DNA of 37,020 nt, from the NCBI GenBank assembly GCA_013416795.1, contig RQSC01000032.1:679495-716514 (forward strand), in the 5' to 3' direction. The first letter of the stretch is position 1, and each line of letters starts with the position of its first letter. The stretch comes from Prasinococcaceae sp. CCMP 1430. Lineage: Eukaryota; Plantae; Prasinodermophyta. A program made the position numbers and the translations under genes. Shown piece by piece: positions 16,730-26,625 of the stretch. The notes under the pieces were generated by a model that was not told where the DNA came from, did not search any database, and saw nothing but the letters and a program-made list of their open reading frames with translations.

Positions 16730-19018
16730 TCACGCCAGCTTCCGGTGCACGTACTTGATATCCTTGTCCTTTGCGACCACCTGTCCAGTGCCGCGGAGCA
16801 GCCAGCGCGTGGTGAGCAGCCCCTCCACGCCCACCGGCCCCCGCGCGTGTATGCGACTGGTGGAGATGCCTACCTCGGCGCCCAGGCCGAAGCGGAAGCC
16901 GTCAGCGAAGCGCGTCGAAGCGTTGTGGAAGACGCACGCGGCGTCCACGCCCGCGAGCCAGCGCTCGGCGACCTCCGCGTCCTCCGTGATCACCATCTCG
17001 GTGTGGCCGCTCCCGAAGCGGTGCGCGTGCTCGATGGCCGCCTCCACGCCGGAGACCACCTCGACCGTGCAGCGGTTGTCGCCGTACTCGTGGTGCAGCG
17101 AGGAGGCCTCCGCAGGCTTCAGGCCCAGGTCTTGCGCCGCGCCGGACGCCACGCAGCCGGGGCCCGCCCCTGGGTACACGCCCGCCTCCTGCAGCCGCTG
17201 CACGAGCCCGGCGGCGCGGCCGTCTGTCAACAGCTCCTCGTGCAGCAGCAGCGTCTCCATGGCGTTGCACGCCGCCGGATAATCCAGCTTGGCGTCCGCG
17301 GCCAGCGTGGCGGCCTTGTCCATGTCGGCCGCCTTGTCGACGAACACGTGGCAGACGCCGTCGGCGTGCCCGAGCACGGGGATTTTGGTGGAGGACTGGA
17401 TGTGGCTCACCAGCGCGTTTGAGCCGCGCGGGATGACCAGATCGATGACGTCGTCGAGAGCGAGCAGCTCGCTGATGGTGTCGCGGCTGGTCACCAGCCC
17501 GATGACCCCCGGGTCGACATCGGGCGCCAGCGCGGCCACCACCGCGCGGTGCATGGCCTTGTTGCTGCGCGTGGCCTCCTTGCCGCCCTTCAGCAGCAGG
17601 CCGTTGCCTGAGCGGAGCGCGAGCGCCGCGATCTGCGGCAGCGCGTCCGGGCGGCTCTCGAAGATGATCATGAGCACGCCCAGCGGGCTGGTGCGCTGCT
17701 CGAGCGTCAGGCCCTCGGCGACCTCCATGCGCGAGAGGAGGCGGTCGAGCGGCTCGTCCTGGTCGGCGATGGAGCGGATGCCCGCGGCGAGCTGCTGGAT
17801 CTTGCCCGGCTTGAGGCGGAGCCGGTTGAGCAGGTGCTCGTCCGTGCCATTCGCGAGCGCGTCGTTCACGTCGAGCACGTTCTCCTCGAGGATTTCGCGC
17901 TCGCGCGCGAGCAGCGAGTCGGCCACGCGACGCAGCAGCGCGGCGCGCTTCTCCGAGGACAGCGCCTGCAGCGCGCGCGAGGCGGCGCGGGCGGCCTCGG
18001 CCATCTCGCGCGACTGAGCGCCGCCGGCGCCGCTGGCGACGGCCTCCACCGCCGCCGAGTCGGCGCCCGTCAGGTTTTTCATGGACGTCACGCGCACGAA
18101 GAGCGCCTTGGCCGCCGTGGTGTCGAAGAGCGTGCCGGCCGGCTCGCCCTTGAGCACGACGCGCGTGAGCATGTCGTGAATCTTGCCGGTGGCGATGACC
18201 ACCGGCGTGCCCGCGCGCGCGGCCATCCACGCCGCGTCCACCTTGGCGGCCATGCCGCCGCGCCCCAGCCGGCTCTTGCCCTTGAACTCGACGGCCGCGT
18301 CGTGCACTTCTGGCGAGTACGTCGTGATGAGCTTCGAGGCCGGATCGGCGGGGTCACCGGTGTACAGGCCCTGCACGTCGGAGAGGATGACGAGCAGGTC
18401 TGCCCTGAGCTCGAGCGCGAGCAGCGCGGCGAGCGAGTCGTTGTCCCAGAAGATGCCCTGGTCGTCCGAGTTGGGCGCGCGGCGCGTGGTGATGGCGTCG
18501 TTCTCGTTGAAGATGGGCACCACGCCGAGCTCGTGCAGCTCGGAGACCATCTCGCGGAGGCGGTCGCGGAACTCGGGATTGGCGAAGTCGTTGTCGGTGA
18601 CCAGGATCTGCGAGGTGGTGATGTCCAGCTGACTGAAGAGCGCGTCGTACAGCGACATCAGCCCGCTCTGGCCCACCCCCGCCGCCGCGCGGCCGCTCAT
18701 GCCGGGCCTGCCCTCCATGCGCGCGAGGTCCGCCACGCTCGAGCGCAGCACCTGCTGGTGGCGCAGGCGCTGGCGGCCCACGCCGACGGCGCCGCTGGAC
18801 ACGAGGACCACCTCCTTCCCCGCGCGCTTCAGCGCGTCGATCTGCTCGCAGACCGCGCCGATGCGCCCCAGCGCCAGCTTGCCGTCATACCCGCGGGTCA
18901 CGACCGCCGTGCCGAGCTTGACGATGACGCGCTTCGCGTCGCGGATGAAAGAGCGCGACGGGTCCGTGCACGTGCTCGAGAACCGCTCCACCACCGACTC
19001 GGCGCTCACGTCCCCCAT
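16730..19018 (-). CDS. P5CS: Bifunctional delta-1-pyrroline-5-carboxylate synthase (glutamate 5-kinase + gamma-glutamyl phosphate reductase), intronless
   Basis: KRVIVKLGTAVVT, LVSSGAVG, NENDAI, GIFWDNDSLAALLALEL, GRGGMAAKV, IIFESRPDALPQIA, DYPAACNAMET, NASTRFADGFRFGLGAEVGISTSRIHARGPVGVEGL. Confidence 0.97.
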   Translation of the reverse strand: MGDVSAESVVERFSSTCTDPSRSFIRDAKRVIVKLGTAVVTRGYDGKLALGRIGAVCEQIDALKRAGKEVVLVSSGAVGVGRQRLRHQQVLRSSVADLARMEGRPGMSGRAAAGVGQSGLMSLYDALFSQLDITTSQILVTDNDFANPEFRDRLREMVSELHELGVVPIFNENDAITTRRAPNSDDQGIFWDNDSLAALLALELRADLLVILSDVQGLYTGDPADPASKLITTYSPEVHDAAVEFKGKSRLGRGGMAAKVDAAWMAARAGTPVVIATGKIHDMLTRVVLKGEPAGTLFDTTAAKALFVRVTSMKNLTGADSAAVEAVASGAGGAQSREMAEAARAASRALQALSSEKRAALLRRVADSLLAREREILEENVLDVNDALANGTDEHLLNRLRLKPGKIQQLAAGIRSIADQDEPLDRLLSRMEVAEGLTLEQRTSPLGVLMIIFESRPDALPQIAALALRSGNGLLLKGGKEATRSNKAMHRAVVAALAPDVDPGVIGLVTSRDTISELLALDDVIDLVIPRGSNALVSHIQSSTKIPVLGHADGVCHVFVDKAADMDKAATLAADAKLDYPAACNAMETLLLHEELLTDGRAAGLVQRLQEAGVYPGAGPGCVASGAAQDLGLKPAEASSLHHEYGDNRCTVEVVSGVEAAIEHAHRFGSGHTEMVITEDAEVAERWLAGVDAACVFHNASTRFADGFRFGLGAEVGISTSRIHARGPVGVEGLLTTRWLLRGTGQVVAKDKDIKYVHRKLA

Positions 19019-19101
19019 GGCCGCGACTCCGCCCCTCTCCCCCTCACGCCCCCTTCGCGCGCACGTGCGGACGTGCGTGGGTTCTCACGACCGGGACGTA
19101 G

Positions 19102-19809
19102 GCGCACGATGGACGCCTCGTGGTGCGTGGCACGCTGCAACGCGCCAACGTGCCCAACCGCAACGGGCGCGTGTACCCCAAGCACGTCATTAAGCGGGAA
19201 ATAGAACGCTACGCCCGGCGTACGCACCTGGGGGCGACCTCGAGCGGCCGGCGGAGGTTAGCGATGGGGCGTGGCACCGGAGCGTTTGGCGAACTCGACC
19301 ATCCACCTCCGGAGTCGAAGTGGTTCAGAAAGACCAACCGCGCGAACGTGTCGCACGTGTTGCTTGAGTACGGCTGGGAGGGCGACGACCTGGTGGGCGT
19401 GGTGGAGGTCCTGCCCACAGAGTGCGGCAACGTGCTGCGTGAGCTCTCCCTGATGGGAGAGGAGCTCGGTGTGTCCAGCCGCGGATGGGCGTCATTGCTC
19501 CCGGCGTCGGGCGGCACCGCTGTCATTCAGGAAGACTTCGAGCTCATCACCTTCGACTTCGTGCCCGATCCGAGCACCGCTGGTGCCTACTTGCGCCCTG
19601 TGGACCCGCAGCACCGCCTGACGCTCGAGCCACTCGCCACGGTGCTTTCACGTCTCGCGCGCGTGCCGGCGTCCGACGACGAATGCGAGACTGATGAGAA
19701 GAGGGGATGTCGCGAAAGGGGTGCAGAGGCCCCCACGAAGGCCTTCGAGCGCACGGACAAGCGGGTCGCTGCCAGGCGCGCTGCCGTAGTCGCGCACGCG
19801 TGGACCTGA
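19102..19809 (+). CDS. T4 gp21-like prohead core/maturation serine protease; true start unresolved
   Basis: GTLQRANVPNRNGRVYP, AFGELDHP (catalytic His), LGVSSRG (catalytic Ser), FELITFDFVPDPST (catalytic Asp), WEGDDLVGVVEVL. These match T4 gp21 NRNKRLYP / ALGELNHP / GVSSRG / DAVWGPS. The frame opens after TAG at 19099-19101, a possible splice acceptor. Confidence 0.85.
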   Translation, partial: AHDGRLVVRGTLQRANVPNRNGRVYPKHVIKREIERYARRTHLGATSSGRRRLAMGRGTGAFGELDHPPPESKWFRKTNRANVSHVLLEYGWEGDDLVGVVEVLPTECGNVLRELSLMGEELGVSSRGWASLLPASGGTAVIQEDFELITFDFVPDPSTAGAYLRPVDPQHRLTLEPLATVLSRLARVPASDDECETDEKRGCRERGAEAPTKAFERTDKRVAARRAAVVAHAWT

Positions 19810-20167
19810 GCTGTGATCACTTCACCACACGCGCGCTGCGGCGCTTCACGCGCTAAGGACACCTATTCAACGTCGCCATGGTCCACGTCGTCAACGCGTA
19901 GCCGCACGCAGGGCGCGTGCACCGGCATGGTGCGCGGTGGCAACGTCAGCATGGCGCGTCGAAGTCGCGCGCGGCGCGGAGCTACTTGCAAGATGGGGCA
20001 GGTGTGAGTGCGTCTTTTGGATCCCACGGCACAGCCGGGCGTCGTTACATGCTGGCACGTTTCGACTCTCAGAGGCCGTGGCGAGGCGAGGTGTGAAGGC
20101 AGCACACGGGCAGCTATCTCATCTCGACGCGGCGACACGCGCGCACAGAGGTGCGCGGGCGTGGCGC

Positions 20168-20745
20168 TTAGTCGAAGAGGTCGAAGCCCATGTCCTCCTC
20201 CTCCTCCTCCTCTTCCGGCTCCGGCTCCGGCTCAGCCGCCGCGGCGGCGGCGCCGCCGGCGCCGGCAGCGGCNNNNNNNNNNNNNNNNNNNNNNNNNNNN
20301 NNNNNNNNNNNNNNNNNNNNNNNNNNNNNNNNNNNNNNNNNNNNNNNNNNNNNNNNNNNNNNNNNNNNNNNNNNNNNNNNNNNNNNNNNNNNNNNNNNNN
20401 NNNNNNNNNNNNNNNNNNNNNNNNNNNNNNNNNNNNNNNNNNNNNNNNNNNNNNNNNNNNNNNNNNNNNNNNNNNNNNNNNNNNNNNNNNNNNNNNNNNN
20501 NNNNNNNNNNNNNNNNNNNNNNNNNNNNNNNNNNNNNNNNNNNNNNNNNNNNNNNNNNNNNNNNNNNNNNNNNNNNNNNNNNNNNCGTCCGCGCGCGCCC
20601 GCGCCCGCGCGCCGCCGCGCGCGCCCTCATTTTTTCTCCTCTCGGCGCCGCGCGCGCGAGCGCCGCGCGCGCCCCCACGCACCGAGATCTCGACCTCGCC
20701 GTCGTGGAGGATGAGGGCCGCGAGCACGCAGGCCTGCTCCGACAT
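20168..20745 (-). CDS. RPLP1: 60S acidic ribosomal protein P1; exon 1 at 20745-20683, middle part in the N gap, C-terminus at 20272-20168
   Basis: MSEQACVLAALILHDGEVEIS|GTGCGT donor. C-terminus AAAGAGGAAAAAAEPEPEPEEEEEEEDMGFDLFD*. TGTAA signal at 20045-20049 (-). Confidence 0.92.
20273..20585. other. Assembly gap (313 N) inside RPLP1
   Basis: Run of n. Confidence 0.99.
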
Positions 20746-21468
20746 GGCGGGAGGTGGGGGTGGGTGTGAGCGAGTTGTGACTCTGCGCGGACGGGTGTTT
20801 AAGCCTCGTCGAGCGAGGCACCGTACGCGTCTGAGTGGCACGCCACACCGCGCGCGCGCGCCCCAAGGGCCGCCGCGGGCCGCCGCCGCGCCGCCGCCGC
20901 CGCGCCGCGCAAACGCACGTCAAAACGCACCTGCGGACGCCCGCTCGCCAGGTAAAAAAAAAAAAACCTTTCAGTAGTACTACTACGTGTAGTGGTCGCG
21001 CCCTCCGATCAAAAAAAAAAAAAGGAAGCGCATGCTTCACTCGCACGGCCCACAACCCGGCAAACTGCGTGCATTTTCACCTTGGCAAAGGAGGCTCGCA
21101 GCGTGCCGTGCGTTTGCGCCCGTCGCGGGAAGAGGGTTCGCATCTGGCGGCGGCGGCGGACTCCAAACCGTCAAAGTCGCATGTCAGTGCGAATGTGTTT
21201 CGCCGCCGGCCTCGCGCTGTCGCCCGCCGTGCGATGTTTGGGGTTTTGGCGGTGGCCTGCGCTGCGCTGTGCACTGCGATGCGCTCACCGCCGCCCCTCC
21301 GGCGGGGCACCCGCGCCAACCGCACCTGCCCGACCGAAGCGCATGCATATGCACGTGAGTCGATCCGGAAATTGATCCACACGGCCGCAGCAGCGGCGCC
21401 TGCCCGCAGCAGAGGTCGGCCGCGCTATCGGGGTCATTTTCGGGGTGTGGGTGGTCATCGGGGGGTGG

Positions 21469-21551
21469 GTGCGAATGATGAATCGGCGCATTCGGATGCG
21501 CCTCTGCTTCTGTGTGGCGGGTGGTGTGGCGGGTCGTCTTGCCTGACGTAC
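21469..21551 (+). ncRNA. Candidate box C/D snoRNA, probably intronic in the PheRS beta gene
   Basis: Box C ATGATGA 21475-21481 and box D CTGA 21543-21546. Terminal stem GTGCG(21469-73)/CGTAC(21547-51) with a one-nt spacer before box C (k-turn geometry). Possible D' CGGA 21493-96. Length 83 nt. Confidence 0.55.
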
Positions 21552-21812
21552 AGTGTACCATCACTTCGGCGTGGTTTTTGGTGGGGTGCGCTGGCCGCCG
21601 CTGCTGCTGCTGCGCCGACGGGACGCCGCCCGGCGGCCCGGGTGGCACACCCCGCCGCGGGCACGGCGGGCGCGGGCGTGTTAGGTTTTGCGCCTCGCCC
21701 GCTGGCGCGCGCGGCTGGCCTGCGTCCGGCGTGAGCGCTGACAGGCCCTGCCTCCGGCGGCGGCTCGCGCGTTGGCCGCGCGCGAACCGCGTGATCCCGC
21801 GCTCTCCCGCAG

Positions 21813-23590
21813 CCGAGGAGCAGTTCGATGAGCTGTGCTTCGAGTACGGCATCGAGCTCGACGAGGTGACCACCGAGGAGACGGTGAAGCGCAAGGAGGC
21901 GGGCGAGGCAGCCAATGCCGGCAACAGCGCCGAGGAGGACGTCATCTACAAGGTTGACGTCCCGGCCAACCGCTACGACCTGCTGTGCGTTGAGGGCATC
22001 GCACGCGCGCTCAACGTCTTCCGCAGGCGCATCACCGCCCCTCAGTACCGCCTGGTGCCGGCCACGGGTGCGCCGGGCACGCACGACGGCCCGCAGAAGA
22101 TCACCGTGTCGCCGGAGGTGGCCCTCGTGCGCCCCTTCGTCGTGTGCGCCACGCTGCGCGGGGTGACTTTCGACGCCAAGCGCTACAAGTCCTTCATCGA
22201 GCTGCAGGACAAGCTCCACCAGAACCTGTGCAAGCGCCGCGAGCTCGTCGCCATCGGCACGCACGATCTGGCCAAGCTGAAGGGGCCCTTCACATACGAG
22301 GCGCAGCCGCCGAGCGACATTCGCTTCGTGCCGCTCAAGCCGGCCGAGCAGGATCGCGAGTTCGCCGCGGACGAGCTGCTCGACTACTACGACGAGCACG
22401 ACCGCAACCTGCGCAAGTTCAACCACATCATCCGCGACTCGGTGGTCTGGCCGGTGCTCCGTGACTCGGAGCGCACGGTGCTGTCGCTGCCGCCCATCAT
22501 CAATGGTGCCAAGAGCGCCATCACGCTGGAGACCAAGGACGTTTTCATCGAGTGCACCGCCAACGACGCCTGGAAGGCCTCGATGGTGCTCGACACCATG
22601 GTGACCATGTTCTCGGAGTACTGCGCGGAGCCGTTCACCATCGAGCCTGTCGAGGTCGTCGGCGCCGACGGCACGTCCAAGATGTACCCTGACCTTACCA
22701 CGCGTGAGCTGGTGACGGGCGTGGATTTCATCAACCGCAGCGTGGGCGCCGAGATCGACCAGGACCGCATCGTCGACCTGCTGACGCGCATGCAGCTGAC
22801 GGCCCAGCCGACCATCGGGGAGGACGGCAAGGCCGCCGTGTCGGTGGTCATCCCGCCCACGCGCACGGACGTCATCCACGCATGCGATGTGATGGAGGAC
22901 GTGGCAATCTCGTACGGTTACAACAACATCGAGCAGATCGTCCCCGCCACGCCCTCGCAGGGCAAGCAGCAGCCGGTGAACAAGCTGTCGGACCTGCTGC
23001 GCGCGGTGATCGCGCAGGCGGGCTACACGGAGATCCTGACGTTCGCGCTGTGCTCTTACGAGGAGAACTTCGCGGGGCTGCTGCGAGAGGACGACAAGCA
23101 AACGGGCGTGATCATTGGCAACCCCAAGGGCCAAGACTTCGAGGTGGTGCGCTCCTCTCTGCTGCCGGGCATGCTGAAGACCTGCTCGGCCAACCGCGAC
23201 GCCGCGCTGCCGCTGCGCCTCTTCGAGGTGTCTGATGTGTGCCTGCTGGACACGTCCAAGGATGTGGGTGCCCGCAACGAGCGCCACATCTGTGCGCTGT
23301 ACTCGTCGACCACCTCGGGCTTCGAGCAGATCCACGGCGTGATGGACAAGGTGATGCAGGCGTGCGGCGTGCCGCCCGCGCCGAAGGGCAAGCCCGAGGA
23401 GGGCTACTCCATCCAGGAGGGCGACGACCCCACCCTCTTCGCCGGGCGCCAGGCGGCCGTCTTGGTGCGCGGCAAGCGCGTGGGCTCCATGGGCATCGTC
23501 AGGCCTGAGGTGCTCGCCAAGTTCGACATCACGTACCCGTGCTCGGTGCTCGAGATGGAGATCGAGTTCGCGCTCAGCGAGGGCAAGTGA
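21813..23590 (+). CDS. FARSB: Cytosolic phenylalanyl-tRNA synthetase beta subunit; main exon (first exon not identified)
   Basis: Acceptor CCCGCAG|CC GAG GAG, then EEQFDELCFEYGIELD, IYKVDVPANRYDLLCVEG, SFIELQDKLHQNLC, AIGTHDL, LSLPPIING, PPTRTDVIHACDVMEDVAI, RSSLLPG, PLRLFEVSD. TGTAA at 23667. Confidence 0.95.
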
Positions 23591-24504
23591 GCCGCCCACG
23601 CGCGACTCTCCGCCGAGCGAGTGCTGTCCCCCTAATAAGGCGCGCGCCGCTACGCGCCGCCGCCGCTGTAAACTTACCATGTTCACTCCACGCAAGGCGC
23701 CATGGGCACTGACAGTACACTGTAGTTAGGGTTATGATTTGAGTTAGGGTCAATGGAAGTTTCGCGCGCGGGCAGATCGCGCGGAATCCCTCGGATCGCG
23801 CCAATTATTAAAATCATAGGCGCTTTGGATTCCATATTTCGATGTTGGTTTTGGATTCCGCTCGAGGTTCCGCCAGATCGGACGCATGTCCCTGCGACTG
23901 AACACGTTCGTTTGCCTCATCGACTCTTGGCGGCGGCGCGCGCCCCTTTTTTTTTTCCGCCCTCGGAATCGATTGACCGGGATCGCGCGCCAATTCGCAG
24001 ACCCGCCGACGGGCCTTCCGCGAAGCTCTCCCGGGTGTCTCCGGGGGGTTGGCGGTGGATCCCCGGTCGAGCCCGCGCGGATCCGCGTCGTCGAGGGATG
24101 CATCGGGGCTGTTGCGGGTGGCGCCGGGGGAAGGGGCTGGGGGGGGGGGCTCGCCGCTCCGATTTCGGAGCCCGGCAAACCGCGAATTGGCGGCAAAAGC
24201 GCGCGTGCACGCGCCATGGAAGCCCTCAAAACCGAAAAAACGCCCCGGCGGGGATTCCGCGCGGCGCTTCCCGGGAAGTCGCGCGGCGAGTTTTCCCGGC
24301 GAGGGCGCGCTTTCGCGCGCGCGCGCCCGCGAATCGCGCCCGCCCGGGAGTGCGCTCCGACAAGGGCCGCGGAGGGCCGGATTTGTCGCGCGCTCCGCCA
24401 AGGCGAGGAAATCGCGGGCCCGATTTCGCGGCGCGCGCGTCGACGCGGGGTCGGCGCGCTGCGCGGCGAGGGGGGCGCCATGCATGAGTGAGCGAGCGGG
24501 CGCG

Positions 24505-24506
<2 letters not shown>

Positions 24507-24547
<41 letters not shown>

Positions 24548-24682
24548 GTGACTGTGTGCATGCGTGTGCGTGTATGTGTGTGTGCGTGCAGGCATGTGCC
24601 ATTGTGTGACTGTGTGTGTGTGCGTGCATATGTGTGCGTGTGTGTGTGTGTGTGTGTGTGCGACAGTGAGTGTGTGTGTGTG
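24507..24682. repeat. Compound/imperfect (TG)n microsatellite
   Basis: Long tgtg arrays interrupted by tgcg, tatg and gact. Confidence 0.9.
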
Positions 24683-25025
24683 TTCGCGACAACTGAGTGT
24701 CCACCTGGCACCGACGAGCGCGGGAGTAGCGGCAAGCGAGTGGCAGCGCGCCACGCATGGGATCATAACGGTGCGAGGGCGCGAACGTCCACACACACAC
24801 ACACGCACGCACACGGCGGTGCCTGGCCAGCGGCCGGCACCAGCTGGCACTGCCGCCCGGATTGAGAACGAGTGGCTGGCGCACCGCCGCTGCGCACACC
24901 GGCCGCGGCGGTTGTGATTTGTGGCCAGCGGCATCGCGGGCCGGTGCCGGCGCGCGGCGCCGCGCGGGCATCGGTTTCGGATCGGCGCGCTGGCAAACTC
25001 GTGCCACGCTCGCGCGCCGGTCCAT

Positions 25026-25027
<2 letters not shown>

Positions 25028-25077
<50 letters not shown>
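25028..25077. repeat. Perfect (CA)n microsatellite (~25 units)
   Basis: Uninterrupted caca array. Confidence 0.95.
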
Positions 25078-25082
<5 letters not shown>

Positions 25083-25434
25083 CGCGCGCGCGCGCGTGTG
25101 TGGTGTGTAACACTCACTGATAACTAACAGTCCACGGGTCAAACCGGACGGAGCCGTAGACACTAAAGCGCAGCGCAGCAAACTGAGCTCGTCGACGAAG
25201 ACGCCGAGACCCGAGAGGGAACAGGCATAGGTCCTCGCTTGCCTTTACTTTATGCACGCTCCTCTGCTAGGTAGCGGGTCCGTCTGAAGTGAGTAAAAAA
25301 GTGCCTATCGAACGCGTCTCTGCGACTCTCAGGATCAGGATCCAAGTGCGCGTGCGCGGTGTGCGGGCGCCTACCAAAGTGTCGCGTGTCGCGCGCGACC
25401 CTTGGCTGTGGAGATCTCCCGTGATGTCCCACTA

Positions 25435-26625
25435 CTACTGCTGCGCGCATCGGACCTGACCGTTGTTCAACATCCGTAGGACGTCTTCGTCGCTCAGTCT
25501 CGGCCGGGGGGCGTTGCGCGGGTCGTCCTCACCGTTCGGCAGTGGCGGATACGGGGCGCCGCACAACTGGTCTTCGCGCAAGGCAGGCGCGTGAGACTTG
25601 TCGAAGGCCGTGGCGCCATCGAACATCCGAGCGCCTCTGTGCACCCTTGAGAGGTTCCACTCCGTGAGCGGCTGGTTGAATGAAGTGGCGTCCCGAAACA
25701 TGCCCCACGAGTTCCACAGGCTGGGGAGTTTCCACTGCGCGAGCGGCTGGTTGAACGACCTGGCGCTGTAGAACATTTCGCACATGTCTGTGACGCGCGA
25801 GACGTCCCACTGCGCGAGCGGCTGGTTGAACGAGGAAGCCTCGCGGAACATGTTGCACATGTCCGTGACGCTCGAGACGTCCCACTGCTCGAGTGGCTGG
25901 TTGAAGTTGCAGGCAGTGTAGAACATGTCGCTCATGATCGTGACGCTCGAGACGTCCCACTGCGCGATCGGCTGGTTGAACGAGGTGGCGCTGGAGAACA
26001 TGGCGCCCATATTCTCCACGCTGGAGACCTTACCTGCCCACCCGTTCAGCGGCTGGTTGAAGGATTCTGCCGAGTAGAACATCCTCGCCATACTCGTCAC
26101 GCTGGAGACGTCCCAACTCTCGAGCGGGTGATTGAAAGGAGTGCCTTCAAACATGCTCTCCATGGTCGTCACACTGGAAACGTCCCACCTGTCGAGCGGC
26201 TGGTCGAAACGCGTCCTGTCGAACAAGCTCCGCATGTTGGTCACGTTGGAGACCAAGTCTGCCCACCCGTTCAGCGGCTGGTTGAAGGCCGAGGCGCCAA
26301 AGAACATGCAGTCCATATTCGTCACCCTGGAGACGTCCCACTGCTCGAGCGGCTTGTTGAAGGTGGTCGCGTCTATGAACATGTTCTGCTACGAACAGTG
26401 CAACGACTGCAGGGTGAGGCTCTACAGCAGTCACTTGAGGAGCGTAGGGCGCTTCTCCGGCGGGTACAAGCACTGCGACGTGACGTCCCACTTGCCGATT
26501 GCTGAGCCGAACTCGGCCTTCGCAGCCTCCGGGTCCTCGCACCACTTCTTGACTGCCGGCCTGAGAGTGAAGTCGTCGAAGGCGGGCCTCCCCGCCGCGT
26601 TGAGCAGGAAGCCCCCTCCGCCCAT
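25435..26625 (-). CDS. DUF285 (BspA-like/PARCEL) repeat protein; N-terminal cap separated from the repeats by in-frame stops (possible pseudogene or unusual intron)
   Basis: Ten repeats of FNQPLxxWDVSxVTxMxxMFxxAxx in 25435-26382. Upstream segment from ATG 26625 reads FDDFTLRPAVKKWCEDPEAAKAEFGSAIGKWDVTS, the typical cap. The same frame then has TGA, TAG, TAG before QNMF. Confidence 0.75.

Noticed and set aside
18900-20200. Endogenous virus or prophage around the prohead protease
   Set aside because: No other viral hallmark gene, terminal repeat or obvious compositional break; the flanks are host housekeeping genes.
21032-21358. First coding exon of PheRS beta
   Set aside because: No frame in 20780-21810 gave the expected MPTVxVxRDxLFxxLG N-terminus convincingly, so it was left uncalled.
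21455-23695. 746-aa antisense ORF over PheRS beta, and similar ones over P5CS, AFG2, the TPR gene and lipoyl synthase
   Set aside because: Typical shadow ORFs of high-GC3 coding sequence (few antisense stops); no recognisable motifs.
23724-23749. Interstitial telomere (gttagggtt..gttagggt)
   Set aside because: Only two isolated degenerate units, too short to call.
23750-25181. ORFs with (VC)n or (HT)n repeats
   Set aside because: Translations of TG/CA microsatellites; no coding signature.
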